Source: Pseudomonadales bacterium | GTDB taxonomy: Bacteria; Pseudomonadota; Gammaproteobacteria; Pseudomonadales; Azotimanducaceae | NCBI GenBank assembly: GCA_050118205.1 | Contig: JASFLG010000001.1 | Location: 1 to 31,790 of the forward strand | Direction: 5' to 3' | DNA length: 31,790 nt | Program-made: the position numbers and the translations under genes | Notes under the pieces: generated by a model | The model's input: only the letters and a program-made list of their open reading frames with translations | Told to the model about the DNA's origin: nothing | Database searches by the model: none | Shown here: in pieces, positions 18,159 to 26,340 of the stretch | How the letters are laid out: each line of letters opens with the position of its first letter | How positions within the stretch are numbered: position 1 is the first letter of the stretch

Positions 18159-18965
18159 ATGAGTACGGAAAGCAGAGAGGTACTGACCGAGGATCGGGGT
18201 CACGTCCGCTGGATCACGCTGAATCGTCCGGAAGCCATGAACGCCATCACGGGCCAGATGCTCGATGACTTGAACCAGGCGCTGAAAGCCGCCGACGACG
18301 ACGCCTCGGTGCGCGTGGTCGTGCTCACCGGCGCCGGCCGCGCGTTCTGTTCCGGGCTCGACCTGAAACAGGCGGCGGCGGGCGAGGGCATCGGCGGTGC
18401 GGCGCTCGCGACGGCCGGGGCGCGTCACTACTCGACGCGGGAGATCTGCACCGTGACCCTGCAGCGCATGGACACGCCGGTGATCGCCGCCATCAACGGC
18501 GCCGCCGCGGGGTACGGTCTGGATCTCGCGCTGGGCTGCGACATGCGGCTCATGTCCGATCGCGCCGTGCTCATGCCGGGATTCGCGAAGATGGGGGTGG
18601 TGCCGGAGAGTGGCGGCACCTGGTACCTGCCCCGGCTTCTGGGCTGGGCCAAGGCCTGTGAGATCGCCATGCTCGGCGATCCGCTCGACGCACGGGCCTC
18701 GGAGGGCTACGGGCTCGTGAACCGGGCCGTCGCGGCGGAAGCACTGGAGGACGAGGCGTCGGCCTGGGCGGAGAAGGTAGCCGGCAACGCGCCACTCGCC
18801 ATTCAGGAGATGAAGCGCCTGTTCCGTCACGGGTTGACCCAGGACTTCGAAAGCCATTCCCACCACGTGCTGATGAGCGTGCTCAACCTGTTTCGTTCCG
18901 AGGACTTTCGGGAGGGGGTGCAGTCCTTCGTGGAGAAGCGTCCGCCCGATTTCAAAGGGCACTGA
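18159..18965 (+). CDS. Enoyl-CoA hydratase/isomerase (crotonase), PaaG-like
   Basis: ITLNRPEAMNA, LTGAGRAFCSGLDL, AAINGAAAGYG, FAKMGVVPESGG, SEDFREGVQSFVEKRPPDFKG. Confidence 0.9.
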   Translation: MSTESREVLTEDRGHVRWITLNRPEAMNAITGQMLDDLNQALKAADDDASVRVVVLTGAGRAFCSGLDLKQAAAGEGIGGAALATAGARHYSTREICTVTLQRMDTPVIAAINGAAAGYGLDLALGCDMRLMSDRAVLMPGFAKMGVVPESGGTWYLPRLLGWAKACEIAMLGDPLDARASEGYGLVNRAVAAEALEDEASAWAEKVAGNAPLAIQEMKRLFRHGLTQDFESHSHHVLMSVLNLFRSEDFREGVQSFVEKRPPDFKGH

Positions 18966-18977
18966 AGGTTGTGGCAC

Positions 18978-19005
18978 TTTACTAGACAGTAAATACGTTA
19001 AATAC
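18978..19005. promoter_or_regulatory. AT-rich candidate operator/promoter: TTTACT-agac-AGTAAA palindrome (18978-18993) and TAAATAC direct repeat (18990, 18999)
   Basis: Directly visible; strongly AT-rich against the GC background. Cognate factor unknown. Confidence 0.45.
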
Positions 19006-19050
19006 TGACTCGAAGCGGCCCGTGGCGGTCCAGATGTGCCGGTCCGGGAC

Positions 19051-19121
19051 GCCCGGTGTCTTCGGCCCGGAGACCCGGGCGGCCGCCCGGTTCAGACGCG
19101 GTTCATGCAACTCCGTGTTTT
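19051..19121 (+). other. GC-rich hairpins: long stem 19051-19080, overlapping perfect 16-bp palindrome 19075-19090, weak terminator-like hairpin plus GTTTT 19096-19121
   Basis: Manual pairing only. Confidence 0.4.
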
Positions 19122-19242
19122 ATGGTGTCTAACGGGTTGACCGGACGCTCACACGCAGATTGGTATGAATGATGCAGATTCAAATGATGATGCAACTGTC
19201 GCCATGACGGTGCGATCACCGGACCGAAACGAGGTACACGCG

Positions 19243-19548
19243 ATGTATACGCCTGAAAGGCTGCGCGAAGAGAATCAGGTCTTTGCTGGAACCGGTGGGG
19301 TGAGTGAGCGCGCCGCCGGATCCGGGTTTGTGCCCGCTTTCCGGGACGACGCCGACGGGCGCGTCGAGATCGCGCGTACCCAGAATGGGTGCCCGGCGAC
19401 GATGCACCTGTTCTGCTGCCTGCCGGACGAGTGGGTCACCGAGCGTGACCAGACCGGCCAGATCGTGGCGCTCATCGACAGCGTGGTCGCCGGATTCGTT
19501 CGAGACGGGGTGTTCTACACGCGAGAGGAGGCGGCGCAACTGATTTGA
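19243..19548 (+). CDS. Conserved hypothetical protein, 101 aa (127 aa if it starts at 19165)
   Basis: GAGGT 7 nt before the ATG at 19243; motifs FAGTGGVS, GFVPAFRD, GFVRDGVFYTREEAA resemble an uncharacterised proteobacterial family (recalled, not searched). Confidence 0.72.
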   Translation: MYTPERLREENQVFAGTGGVSERAAGSGFVPAFRDDADGRVEIARTQNGCPATMHLFCCLPDEWVTERDQTGQIVALIDSVVAGFVRDGVFYTREEAAQLI

Positions 19549-19586
19549 ACCCGCGCCGCCATCCGTGACAGGGTTGTCAGCCGAAC

Positions 19587-19757
19587 TCAGGCGTACGTGC
19601 TGGTCGAATCCGCAGAGTTGAGGTGGCTTAGGGCCTGCTTGCACGCCAAATAGAAGGCTTCGCGCGGGATCTCATCGGATTCGAGCAGCGCCTCCAGATC
19701 CTCGTCCGTCGGTTCTGCTTCGAAGTCCAGTGCATCGCGTTCGATCTGGGAAGACAT
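19587..19757 (-). CDS. Small acidic protein, 56 aa (below the ORF-track cutoff)
   Basis: AAGGAG-5nt-ATG; MSSQIERDALDFEAEPTDEDLEALLESDEIPREAFYLACKQALSHLNSADSTSTYA; fills an otherwise empty intergenic space. Confidence 0.62.
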   Translation of the reverse strand: MSSQIERDALDFEAEPTDEDLEALLESDEIPREAFYLACKQALSHLNSADSTSTYA

Positions 19758-19960
19758 CCTATCTCCTTGTCTGACAGTGACTCAGCGTTGGTCAAATCTA
19801 GAGCGCGGCCGGCCGACAGACCGAGAACCAGTTCGCTTTTCCGACATCGCAACCGGCGGGCGCCTCGGGCGGGCAACAGCGGATTGGAACCGCGCGCTGT
19901 CGCGTGCGCGTATATCATCGCCGTTCTCCTTACCGGATCGTTTTCCTTGAGCCACAGATC

Positions 19961-21694
19961 ATGCGCCCTGTAGTCGTCGTCGCCGTGATCGTCGCGCTCG
20001 TGGCCGTTCGACCGGTCTGGGCGGACGTACGCCTGGACGGAGTGAAGGGTCGGATCGCGGACAACGTGCGTGCCTATCTGCGTCTGGATGACGAGCCCTG
20101 CGATCAGGATCCGGTGCGAGTCCGCTACCGCTACGAGCAGGCTCCCCGGGACATCCGTGAAGCCCTCAAGCCCTTCGGCTACTACCAGCCCAGCATCGAA
20201 TCCACCCTGACGCTGAACGAGGACAGGGAGCAGGACTGCTGGCGCGCCGTGTTCCGTATCGATCCGGGTGAGCCGGTCCTCATCGACTCGGTGGATGTGG
20301 ACGTACGCGGTGAGGGCTCGAGCCTGCCGGTTTTTCAGCGTCTGCTGGCGGATACGGGGCTGAAGACCGGTGCGCAGCTCCGGCATTCGGACTACGAGAC
20401 GCTCAAGGATGCTCTGCTGGTCGCAGCGCGGGAGTACGGCTTCTTCGATGCCCGACTGATCCGGCACGACATTCGCGTCGATCGGGGGCGGTACTCTGCG
20501 AGCATCAACCTGGTGATGGATACCGGAGAGCGTTACCGGTTCGGCGACCTCGACGTAAGCTCGGGCGCCGACGTGCTCAACCGTGAGCTGCTGGTCCGGT
20601 ACGCGGACTTCAACGCCGGAGCACCGTTCGAGCAGCGCCGTCTGCGTAAGCTGCAGAATGACCTCGTCGCCAGCGATTACTTCAGCGTCGTGGACGTCCG
20701 CACCCGGCCGCGGGAAGATGACAAGACCGTGGACGTTCGTGTGATTCTGGAGGCGTCGCGACGTATCCGCTACGGGATCGGAATCGGTTACGGCACCGAC
20801 ACCGGCCCTGTCGTGCGCGGCGACTTCTCGGTCCGCCGCCTGAATCGCGCCGGGCACCGGCTCGGCATGGATACCGAGCTCTCCGAGGTGACGCAGAACG
20901 TCTCCGCCGACTATCGCGTTCCCGGCAAGCGACCGCAGAGCGACTGGTACTCGTTCTACGGCGGCGTGAACCGGGAGAACTCGGACGCAATCGAGAACGT
21001 CGCCGTCAAGGTCGGGGTGCGTCAGAACATCTTTCACACTGTCAACTGGAGCTCCACGCCGTTCATCGAGCTGCTCGTCGGACGCTCAAAGCAGAACGGG
21101 GCGTGGACCCAGCAGATGTCGCTGGTCCCCGGATGGGGCGTTCACTACGTGACGGCCAACGTCCCGGTACGACCCACGCACGGCCTGCGGTTCAAGGCCG
21201 AGGCGGCGACCGCCATCGAGAACGTGCTCTCCGATGCGTCCTTTCTGCGGCTGGACCTGGAAGGCAAGACGATCCTGCCACTGTCCGAGCGCGGCCGGCT
21301 GCTGCTGCGCAGCGAGGTCGGCTGGATGGCCACGAACGACTTCGAGAACGTGCCGCCTGCCTGGCGCTTCTTTGCCGGGGGCGATCGCAGCGTGCGCGGG
21401 TACGACTACCAGTCGCTGGGCCCCCAGGACGACGCGGGGAAGTCCCTTGGTGGGCGTTTGCTGCTGACCGCAAGCGTCGAAAGCGACTGGCGGTTCCTGG
21501 CGCGCTGGTCGGCGGCAGTGTTCGTCGACGCGGGCAACGTTGGTGACGAGCATCTGCTCGACAATCTGCCCTGGAGCATCGGTGCCGGGGTGCGCTGGTA
21601 CTCGCCGGTTGGTCCGATCCGTCTGGATCTGGCCTTTCCGCAGGAGGGGGGCAACAGCTTCCGGATACACATCTCCATGGGCCCGGATCTCTGA
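19961..21694 (+). CDS. tamA: Translocation and assembly module outer-membrane subunit TamA
   Basis: Signal peptide, POTRA-like region (ALKPFGYY), GIGYGTDTG, RFFAGGDRSVRGY, GVRWYSPVGPIRLDLA, C-terminal IHISMGPDL; TGATG overlap with tamB. Confidence 0.92.
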   Translation: MRPVVVVAVIVALVAVRPVWADVRLDGVKGRIADNVRAYLRLDDEPCDQDPVRVRYRYEQAPRDIREALKPFGYYQPSIESTLTLNEDREQDCWRAVFRIDPGEPVLIDSVDVDVRGEGSSLPVFQRLLADTGLKTGAQLRHSDYETLKDALLVAAREYGFFDARLIRHDIRVDRGRYSASINLVMDTGERYRFGDLDVSSGADVLNRELLVRYADFNAGAPFEQRRLRKLQNDLVASDYFSVVDVRTRPREDDKTVDVRVILEASRRIRYGIGIGYGTDTGPVVRGDFSVRRLNRAGHRLGMDTELSEVTQNVSADYRVPGKRPQSDWYSFYGGVNRENSDAIENVAVKVGVRQNIFHTVNWSSTPFIELLVGRSKQNGAWTQQMSLVPGWGVHYVTANVPVRPTHGLRFKAEAATAIENVLSDASFLRLDLEGKTILPLSERGRLLLRSEVGWMATNDFENVPPAWRFFAGGDRSVRGYDYQSLGPQDDAGKSLGGRLLLTASVESDWRFLARWSAAVFVDAGNVGDEHLLDNLPWSIGAGVRWYSPVGPIRLDLAFPQEGGNSFRIHISMGPDL

Positions 21695-24600
21695 TGCTGC
21701 GCATGCTCGTGCTGGTTCTGCTCGTGGTGCTGATGCTGGCGGTCGCCGTCGTCGTTGGCGTGCTCGCGAGTCCCGCCGGAAGCCGGCTCATCGCCGACCG
21801 GGTCGAGCAGATGCTGGCCCCCCGACTCACGATCACCGGGCTTTCGGGCTCTGCGCTGGGCGAGCTTTGCGCCGAGCGGGTACGCTACGAGCAGCCCGGG
21901 GTACGCGTCCTGGTCGAGGGCGTCTGCGTCGAGGCGAACGTGTGGTCGTCATTCGATTTTCTTGCCGTGAGCCTGCAGTCCGTGGATGCGGAGCGTGTTC
22001 AGATCGAGACCGAGGCGGCCGAACCGCCCGACGGCGGACCGACGGCGCTCACGTTACCGCTGGGCATCACGGCCGAGAACGTCCGGATCGGCGCGCTGTC
22101 CGTCAACGCTACCCGGCTGGTGGACATCGATGCCAACCTGTCACTCAGGAACACGGACCTGGCCATAGCGACCAGCTTCACGTTCGCCGACCGTCGGGTC
22201 ACGATGCGCACACGCGGCCCCTGGGATGCGCTGCATGCCGAGGTGGTTGCGCTGGGCGTCAACGCGGAGGTCTCCACCAACCTGCAGGACGACGCGCTGC
22301 CGTTCCGGATCTCCGCGCGTGCCCGGACATTCGACCTGACACCGTTCGTGGATCGTGCGGTGCGCCTGGATCAGGTCAGCGTCCAGGGTCAGGGTGATCT
22401 CTCCGGGTACCGGTTCGACGCGGGAGCCGGCGTTACCGATCCGAGCATCCAGGGCCAGCTGCGCGTATCGGGTCGGGGCGACTGGGCCGGCATGACGTTC
22501 GCTTCGATTCAGATCCGCGATGCGACGCTGACGGACATGCCGCTCACGGTCGAGGAGGCGACCGGCCGTGGGCGGCTTACCTGGTCGGACGGGTTCGGGA
22601 TGCACTTCGAGTCCATGAGCTCCCGGGGCGTGCTGGATCGGCGGCCGCTCAGGGCCGAGCTCGCGACACTGGAGCTCGACACGTCGGCCGCGACGCTCGC
22701 CGGTGGGGCGCTGCACGTCCTGCAGTCGGGCCGGAGTGGTGTGCTGCGTGTCGACGGCCAGGTGGGCTACGACGGGCACCTGGCGCTCGATCTGAGCGGC
22801 AGCGGATTGCCGCTCGGGCTCGCAGACGAGCGGTTCTCCGGCAGCGCAATGGCCACGCTGCAGGTGCGGGGCGCGTTGTCGGATCCGGCGCTCAAGGGCT
22901 CATTTACGTTGACGGATGCCGGGTACCAGACGCAGATGCTCGGGAGCCTGAGCGGCCGGCTCGACGGTCGGCTCGATCGTGGCACGGTCGACTTCGATGC
23001 CGACACGCCGCAGGGAGAGGCTCAAGGGCAGGCGTCCTACCGGATGACCGACGAGGGTGTCGACATCGGCGTCGCCACCCTGGACCTCCGGCCGACATCG
23101 GTGGCGGCCGGTGCACGACTGGCCGGAGCTGCCAGCGTCTCCGTGAGCCGTTCCGGACGGGTAATGGTACCGCGCGCGTGCCTCGAGCTGTATGCCACGG
23201 ATGCGGACCTGGACACGGCCCGGGCCTGCTTTGCCGTCGATTATCCGGACGGTGGGCTCACCGTGGATGTGGAGCCCTGGACGCTGCCCGCAACGGTGCT
23301 TCCCGCGGGCGCGATCACTCTGCGCGGTGTCGCCAGCGCACGGGTACGGCTCGACTCGTTTGCGCCGCTTTCCGGTAGTGCGCATCTGGATCTTTCCGGA
23401 CTCGTAGCGGAGCACGAGGGTGTGGATCCGCTCAACCTCGGCGCGGTAACCGCCAGCGCCACGCTGGGTGACAAGGCAGTCGACGTGACGCTGGCTACGC
23501 CCGCGGGGGTGTCACAGGCGCTCACGCTGTCGGGCAGAGCGCATGGCAGCCTCGAGAGTCCCGTCGGAGCGTCACCGGTGTCGGGCGAGCTGGCACTGCA
23601 GATCGACGGTCTCTGGGCGGCGCGTACCCTGCTGCCCATGGAGGTGACCTTCGAGCTCGATCGAATGCGCGGCACGATGGAGGTGCGAGCAGACCTGAAG
23701 GGCACCATCGGTGAGCCGCTGGTCAACGGCACCCTGGTACTGAGGGACGCCGGCTGGCTGGTGCAGGCGCTGAACACCGAGTTCAGCGACGTGCGTGCGG
23801 AAGCGCGACTGACGGACACGGAAACGATCACGTTCAGCAGTCAGGGAAGCATCGGCAAAGGCTCGCTGGCCGTCTCCGGACGGCTGGTGGGACTGTCGAC
23901 ACCGACGCCGGAGCTGTTCTCGGATTTCAAGCTGGACCGGGCCCAGGTGGTGGATCTGCCGGACTACTCGGCGCGTCTCTCCGGCACGGTTCATCTGGAG
24001 ATGGGCACGGATACGCTGCGCCTGATGGGCGACCTCGAGATGCCGACGGCAGACATCCGCATCGGCGATCTGCCCGAGACCGCGGTCGGTGTCTCGTCCG
24101 ACGAGGTGATCGTCGATGCCGAGACCTCGGCCAACACCCAGCAGATCCGCACGACGAATCTCAACCTGACCCTGGGCAACCGCGTCTGGCTGGATGCGTT
24201 CGGCCTCAGGTCGCGTCTGGTGGGGAACCTGCGCCTCGAGGAGTCGCCCGGGAAGCTGCAGTCCGTGACCGGCACCATTTCCCTCAAGGAAGGCACGTTC
24301 GAGGCCTATGGTCAGGAGCTGACGGTGGAGCGCGGGCAGCTGACGTTCACGGGACCGCTGGACAACCCGACGGTGGACGTGCAGGCCACCCGGGTGGTGA
24401 CGTACGAGGAACGGGACTACCGGATCAGCCTGCTGCTCTCCGGTTCGGCCAAGGACCTGGTGACGAGCCTCCGATCGCAACCCGCGCTGCCGGAGGACGA
24501 TGCCCTCGCGCTACTGCTTACCGGCAAGACGCTGTCTGACATCTCGGCCCAGGAGCGATCCAATGTCAATGGCGCGGCACTCTCGATGGGCCTGCTCAAC

Positions 24601-24855
24601 GCCATGGGAGTGACTCAGAATCTCGCCGACCGGTTGAATCTCGAGGAGATCATCGTGGATCAGGACACGGAAGGTAACATGGAGGTGGGCGCCGCCGTCC
24701 GCGTGAACCGGGATTTCTATCTGCGCTACACCTATGGCGTTTTCTCCCGGCTGGGTGGCGTGCTGCTGCGTTACCGGCTCAACACGCGTCTCAGCGTGCA
24801 GGCCCAGACGGGTGACGCCACCTCCATCGAGATTCGCTACGGGGTGGACGACTGA
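21694..24855 (+). CDS. tamB: Translocation and assembly module inner-membrane subunit TamB (DUF490)
   Basis: N-terminal TM anchor, long beta-rich body, C-terminal FEAYGQELTVERGQLTFTGPLDNPTVDVQA..ALALLLTG..YLRYTYG..LRYRL. Confidence 0.88.
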   Translation: MLRMLVLVLLVVLMLAVAVVVGVLASPAGSRLIADRVEQMLAPRLTITGLSGSALGELCAERVRYEQPGVRVLVEGVCVEANVWSSFDFLAVSLQSVDAERVQIETEAAEPPDGGPTALTLPLGITAENVRIGALSVNATRLVDIDANLSLRNTDLAIATSFTFADRRVTMRTRGPWDALHAEVVALGVNAEVSTNLQDDALPFRISARARTFDLTPFVDRAVRLDQVSVQGQGDLSGYRFDAGAGVTDPSIQGQLRVSGRGDWAGMTFASIQIRDATLTDMPLTVEEATGRGRLTWSDGFGMHFESMSSRGVLDRRPLRAELATLELDTSAATLAGGALHVLQSGRSGVLRVDGQVGYDGHLALDLSGSGLPLGLADERFSGSAMATLQVRGALSDPALKGSFTLTDAGYQTQMLGSLSGRLDGRLDRGTVDFDADTPQGEAQGQASYRMTDEGVDIGVATLDLRPTSVAAGARLAGAASVSVSRSGRVMVPRACLELYATDADLDTARACFAVDYPDGGLTVDVEPWTLPATVLPAGAITLRGVASARVRLDSFAPLSGSAHLDLSGLVAEHEGVDPLNLGAVTASATLGDKAVDVTLATPAGVSQALTLSGRAHGSLESPVGASPVSGELALQIDGLWAARTLLPMEVTFELDRMRGTMEVRADLKGTIGEPLVNGTLVLRDAGWLVQALNTEFSDVRAEARLTDTETITFSSQGSIGKGSLAVSGRLVGLSTPTPELFSDFKLDRAQVVDLPDYSARLSGTVHLEMGTDTLRLMGDLEMPTADIRIGDLPETAVGVSSDEVIVDAETSANTQQIRTTNLNLTLGNRVWLDAFGLRSRLVGNLRLEESPGKLQSVTGTISLKEGTFEAYGQELTVERGQLTFTGPLDNPTVDVQATRVVTYEERDYRISLLLSGSAKDLVTSLRSQPALPEDDALALLLTGKTLSDISAQERSNVNGAALSMGLLNAMGVTQNLADRLNLEEIIVDQDTEGNMEVGAAVRVNRDFYLRYTYGVFSRLGGVLLRYRLNTRLSVQAQTGDATSIEIRYGVDD

Positions 24856-24857
24856 CG

Positions 24858-24974
24858 TCAGGTGACGAGCGTCACGATGGCGATCAGCACGATGGACACG
24901 GCGATCAGCGCGCCGACGTTGATGCCGATCTTCTTCAGAACCTGGGCGTCGCCGTGATCGATGTAAGTGGTCAT
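24858..24974 (-). CDS. Small single-TM membrane protein, 38 aa (missed by the ORF track)
   Basis: AAGGGAG-5nt-ATG; MTTYIDHGDAQVLKKIGINVGALIAVSIVLIAIVTLVT; GC3-rich codons; stop 2 nt from the convergent tamB stop; FNR box upstream. Confidence 0.75.
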   Translation of the reverse strand: MTTYIDHGDAQVLKKIGINVGALIAVSIVLIAIVTLVT

Positions 24975-25039
24975 GGATGCTCCCTTGGCGAATGATGGTT
25001 GTACGGTGATGACGCTATCGCGACGCGTGCCTGCCGGAT

Positions 25040-25053
25040 TTGATCCGGATCAA
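25040..25053. promoter_or_regulatory. FNR/Anr/Dnr-type binding site TTGAT-CCGG-ATCAA
   Basis: Exact match to TTGAT-N4-ATCAA inside a perfect 18-bp palindrome (25038-25055). A minus-strand -10-like TAGCGT at 25017-25012 places the box centre at -41.5. Confidence 0.82.
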
Positions 25054-25151
25054 ATTCCGGTCGTCGTCCCATATCCCGGCCGGATCGCGCTGGCCACCCC
25101 CGCGGATTGACGCTAGTCTTCCGGCGACAGACGGGGAGGGGGTCATCGGGA

Positions 25152-25637
25152 ATGCGCACGGGATATTCGCTGATCGTTCGACTCGGGACGGCGACGCTCC
25201 TCGCCGTGACGACGCTCGGAGGGTGCGCCGAGAAGACCGCGGAACCAACGGTGAGCTACCAGGCGGTCCTCGACACGAAGCAGCTGATGGACTGGATCAT
25301 CGATCCGAGCTCGGACGTCGTCTGGGGCGCTGCGGGGACCATCATGACGCTGGACGGCGAGCAGGATCTGGCGCCCACCACCCAGGCGGGCTGGGATGCC
25401 GTGCGTAACGCTGCCGCGACCCTGGCCGAGACGGGCAACCTGCTCAAGATGCCGGGAATCTCCCGCGGCGCCGACTGGAACGAGATCGCCGGCGGTCTGA
25501 CCCGAACGGGCGAGCTCCTGATCGGCGCCGCCGAGCGACAGGACGACGAACAGGTATTCGACTACGGGGGGCAGCTCTACAACGTCTGCGTTGCCTGTCA
25601 CCAGATCTATCTGCTGCCGGGGCTCGAGTCTGAGTAA
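25152..25637 (+). CDS. Lipoprotein class II (four-helix, c'/c556-like) c-type cytochrome
   Basis: Lipobox LGGC; all-helical; single C-terminal CVACH heme motif; N-terminal KQLM. Confidence 0.72.
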   Translation: MRTGYSLIVRLGTATLLAVTTLGGCAEKTAEPTVSYQAVLDTKQLMDWIIDPSSDVVWGAAGTIMTLDGEQDLAPTTQAGWDAVRNAAATLAETGNLLKMPGISRGADWNEIAGGLTRTGELLIGAAERQDDEQVFDYGGQLYNVCVACHQIYLLPGLESE

Positions 25638-26340
25638 GGGTTCGCGGCCTTCGCGTGCGGCGCTGGCGCGGGCAGCGGTTGTCGTAGCGGGGCTGCTCCT
25701 GTCCGGGGGCGCCGTCGCGCACAACGTATCGGCCGACGATGCGCGCTTCGTCGAGCAGCTCAGCGGCCCGGCGATGGTGCCCTTCCTCTACCTCGGTGCC
25801 AAGCACATGTTCACAGGCTACGACCACGTGCTTTTTCTCGTCGGCGTGGTGTTCTTTCTGTACCGGCCGGGACAGGTCGTTCTCTACGTGTCGCTGTTCA
25901 CCCTGGGGCACAGCATCACGCTGCTCGTCGGCGTGCTGGCCGGATGGCGTGTGGACCCGTACCTGGTTGACGCCATCATCGGGCTGTCGGTGGTGTACAA
26001 GGCGTTCGAGAACATGGGCGGTCTCGACGGGCTCGGGCGCTTCCGCCCGGACGCCCGGGTCGCCGTATTCGTCTTCGGGCTCTTCCACGGTCTCGGGCTC
26101 GCGACGCGCCTGACGGATCTCACGCTCACGGATGAGGGTCTTCTGGCCAACCTGCTGAGCTTCAATGCAGGTGTCGAGCTCGGTCAGATCGCCGCGCTGA
26201 GCATCGTGCTCCTGCTCCTGGTCGGCTGGCGGGTACGTCCCGGATTCGCCGGGCAGGCGTTCGCCGCCAACGCTCTGCTCATGACCTGCGGCTTCGTGCT
26301 GGCCGGTAATCAGCTCGCCGGGCTCGTGCTGGTGCGATGA
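25630..26340 (+). CDS. HupE/UreJ-family membrane protein (putative Ni/Co-type metal transporter); start uncertain (CTG 25630 or TTG 25591)
   Basis: Signal peptide followed by AH; LGAKHMFTGYDHVLFL, FTLGHSITL, FGLFHGLG, FNAGVELGQ. Confidence 0.82.
   Translation: MSKGSRPSRAALARAAVVVAGLLLSGGAVAHNVSADDARFVEQLSGPAMVPFLYLGAKHMFTGYDHVLFLVGVVFFLYRPGQVVLYVSLFTLGHSITLLVGVLAGWRVDPYLVDAIIGLSVVYKAFENMGGLDGLGRFRPDARVAVFVFGLFHGLGLATRLTDLTLTDEGLLANLLSFNAGVELGQIAALSIVLLLLVGWRVRPGFAGQAFAANALLMTCGFVLAGNQLAGLVLVR

Noticed and set aside
18972-18987. Sigma54 promoter TGGCAC-tttac-TAGA
   Set aside because: The -24 element is good but the -12 reads GA instead of GC; not supportable without data.
19010-19121. Known RNA (c-di-GMP-I riboswitch, SRP 4.5S, 6S)
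   Set aside because: GGGACGC is present but not followed by AAAGC and there is no GGCAAA; no SRP GGAAGGAAGCAGC core on either strand; size and context do not fit 6S.
19782-19795. Second FNR box upstream of the 56-aa ORF
   Set aside because: Only one half-site-like GTCAA; the other half (TCAGC) does not match.
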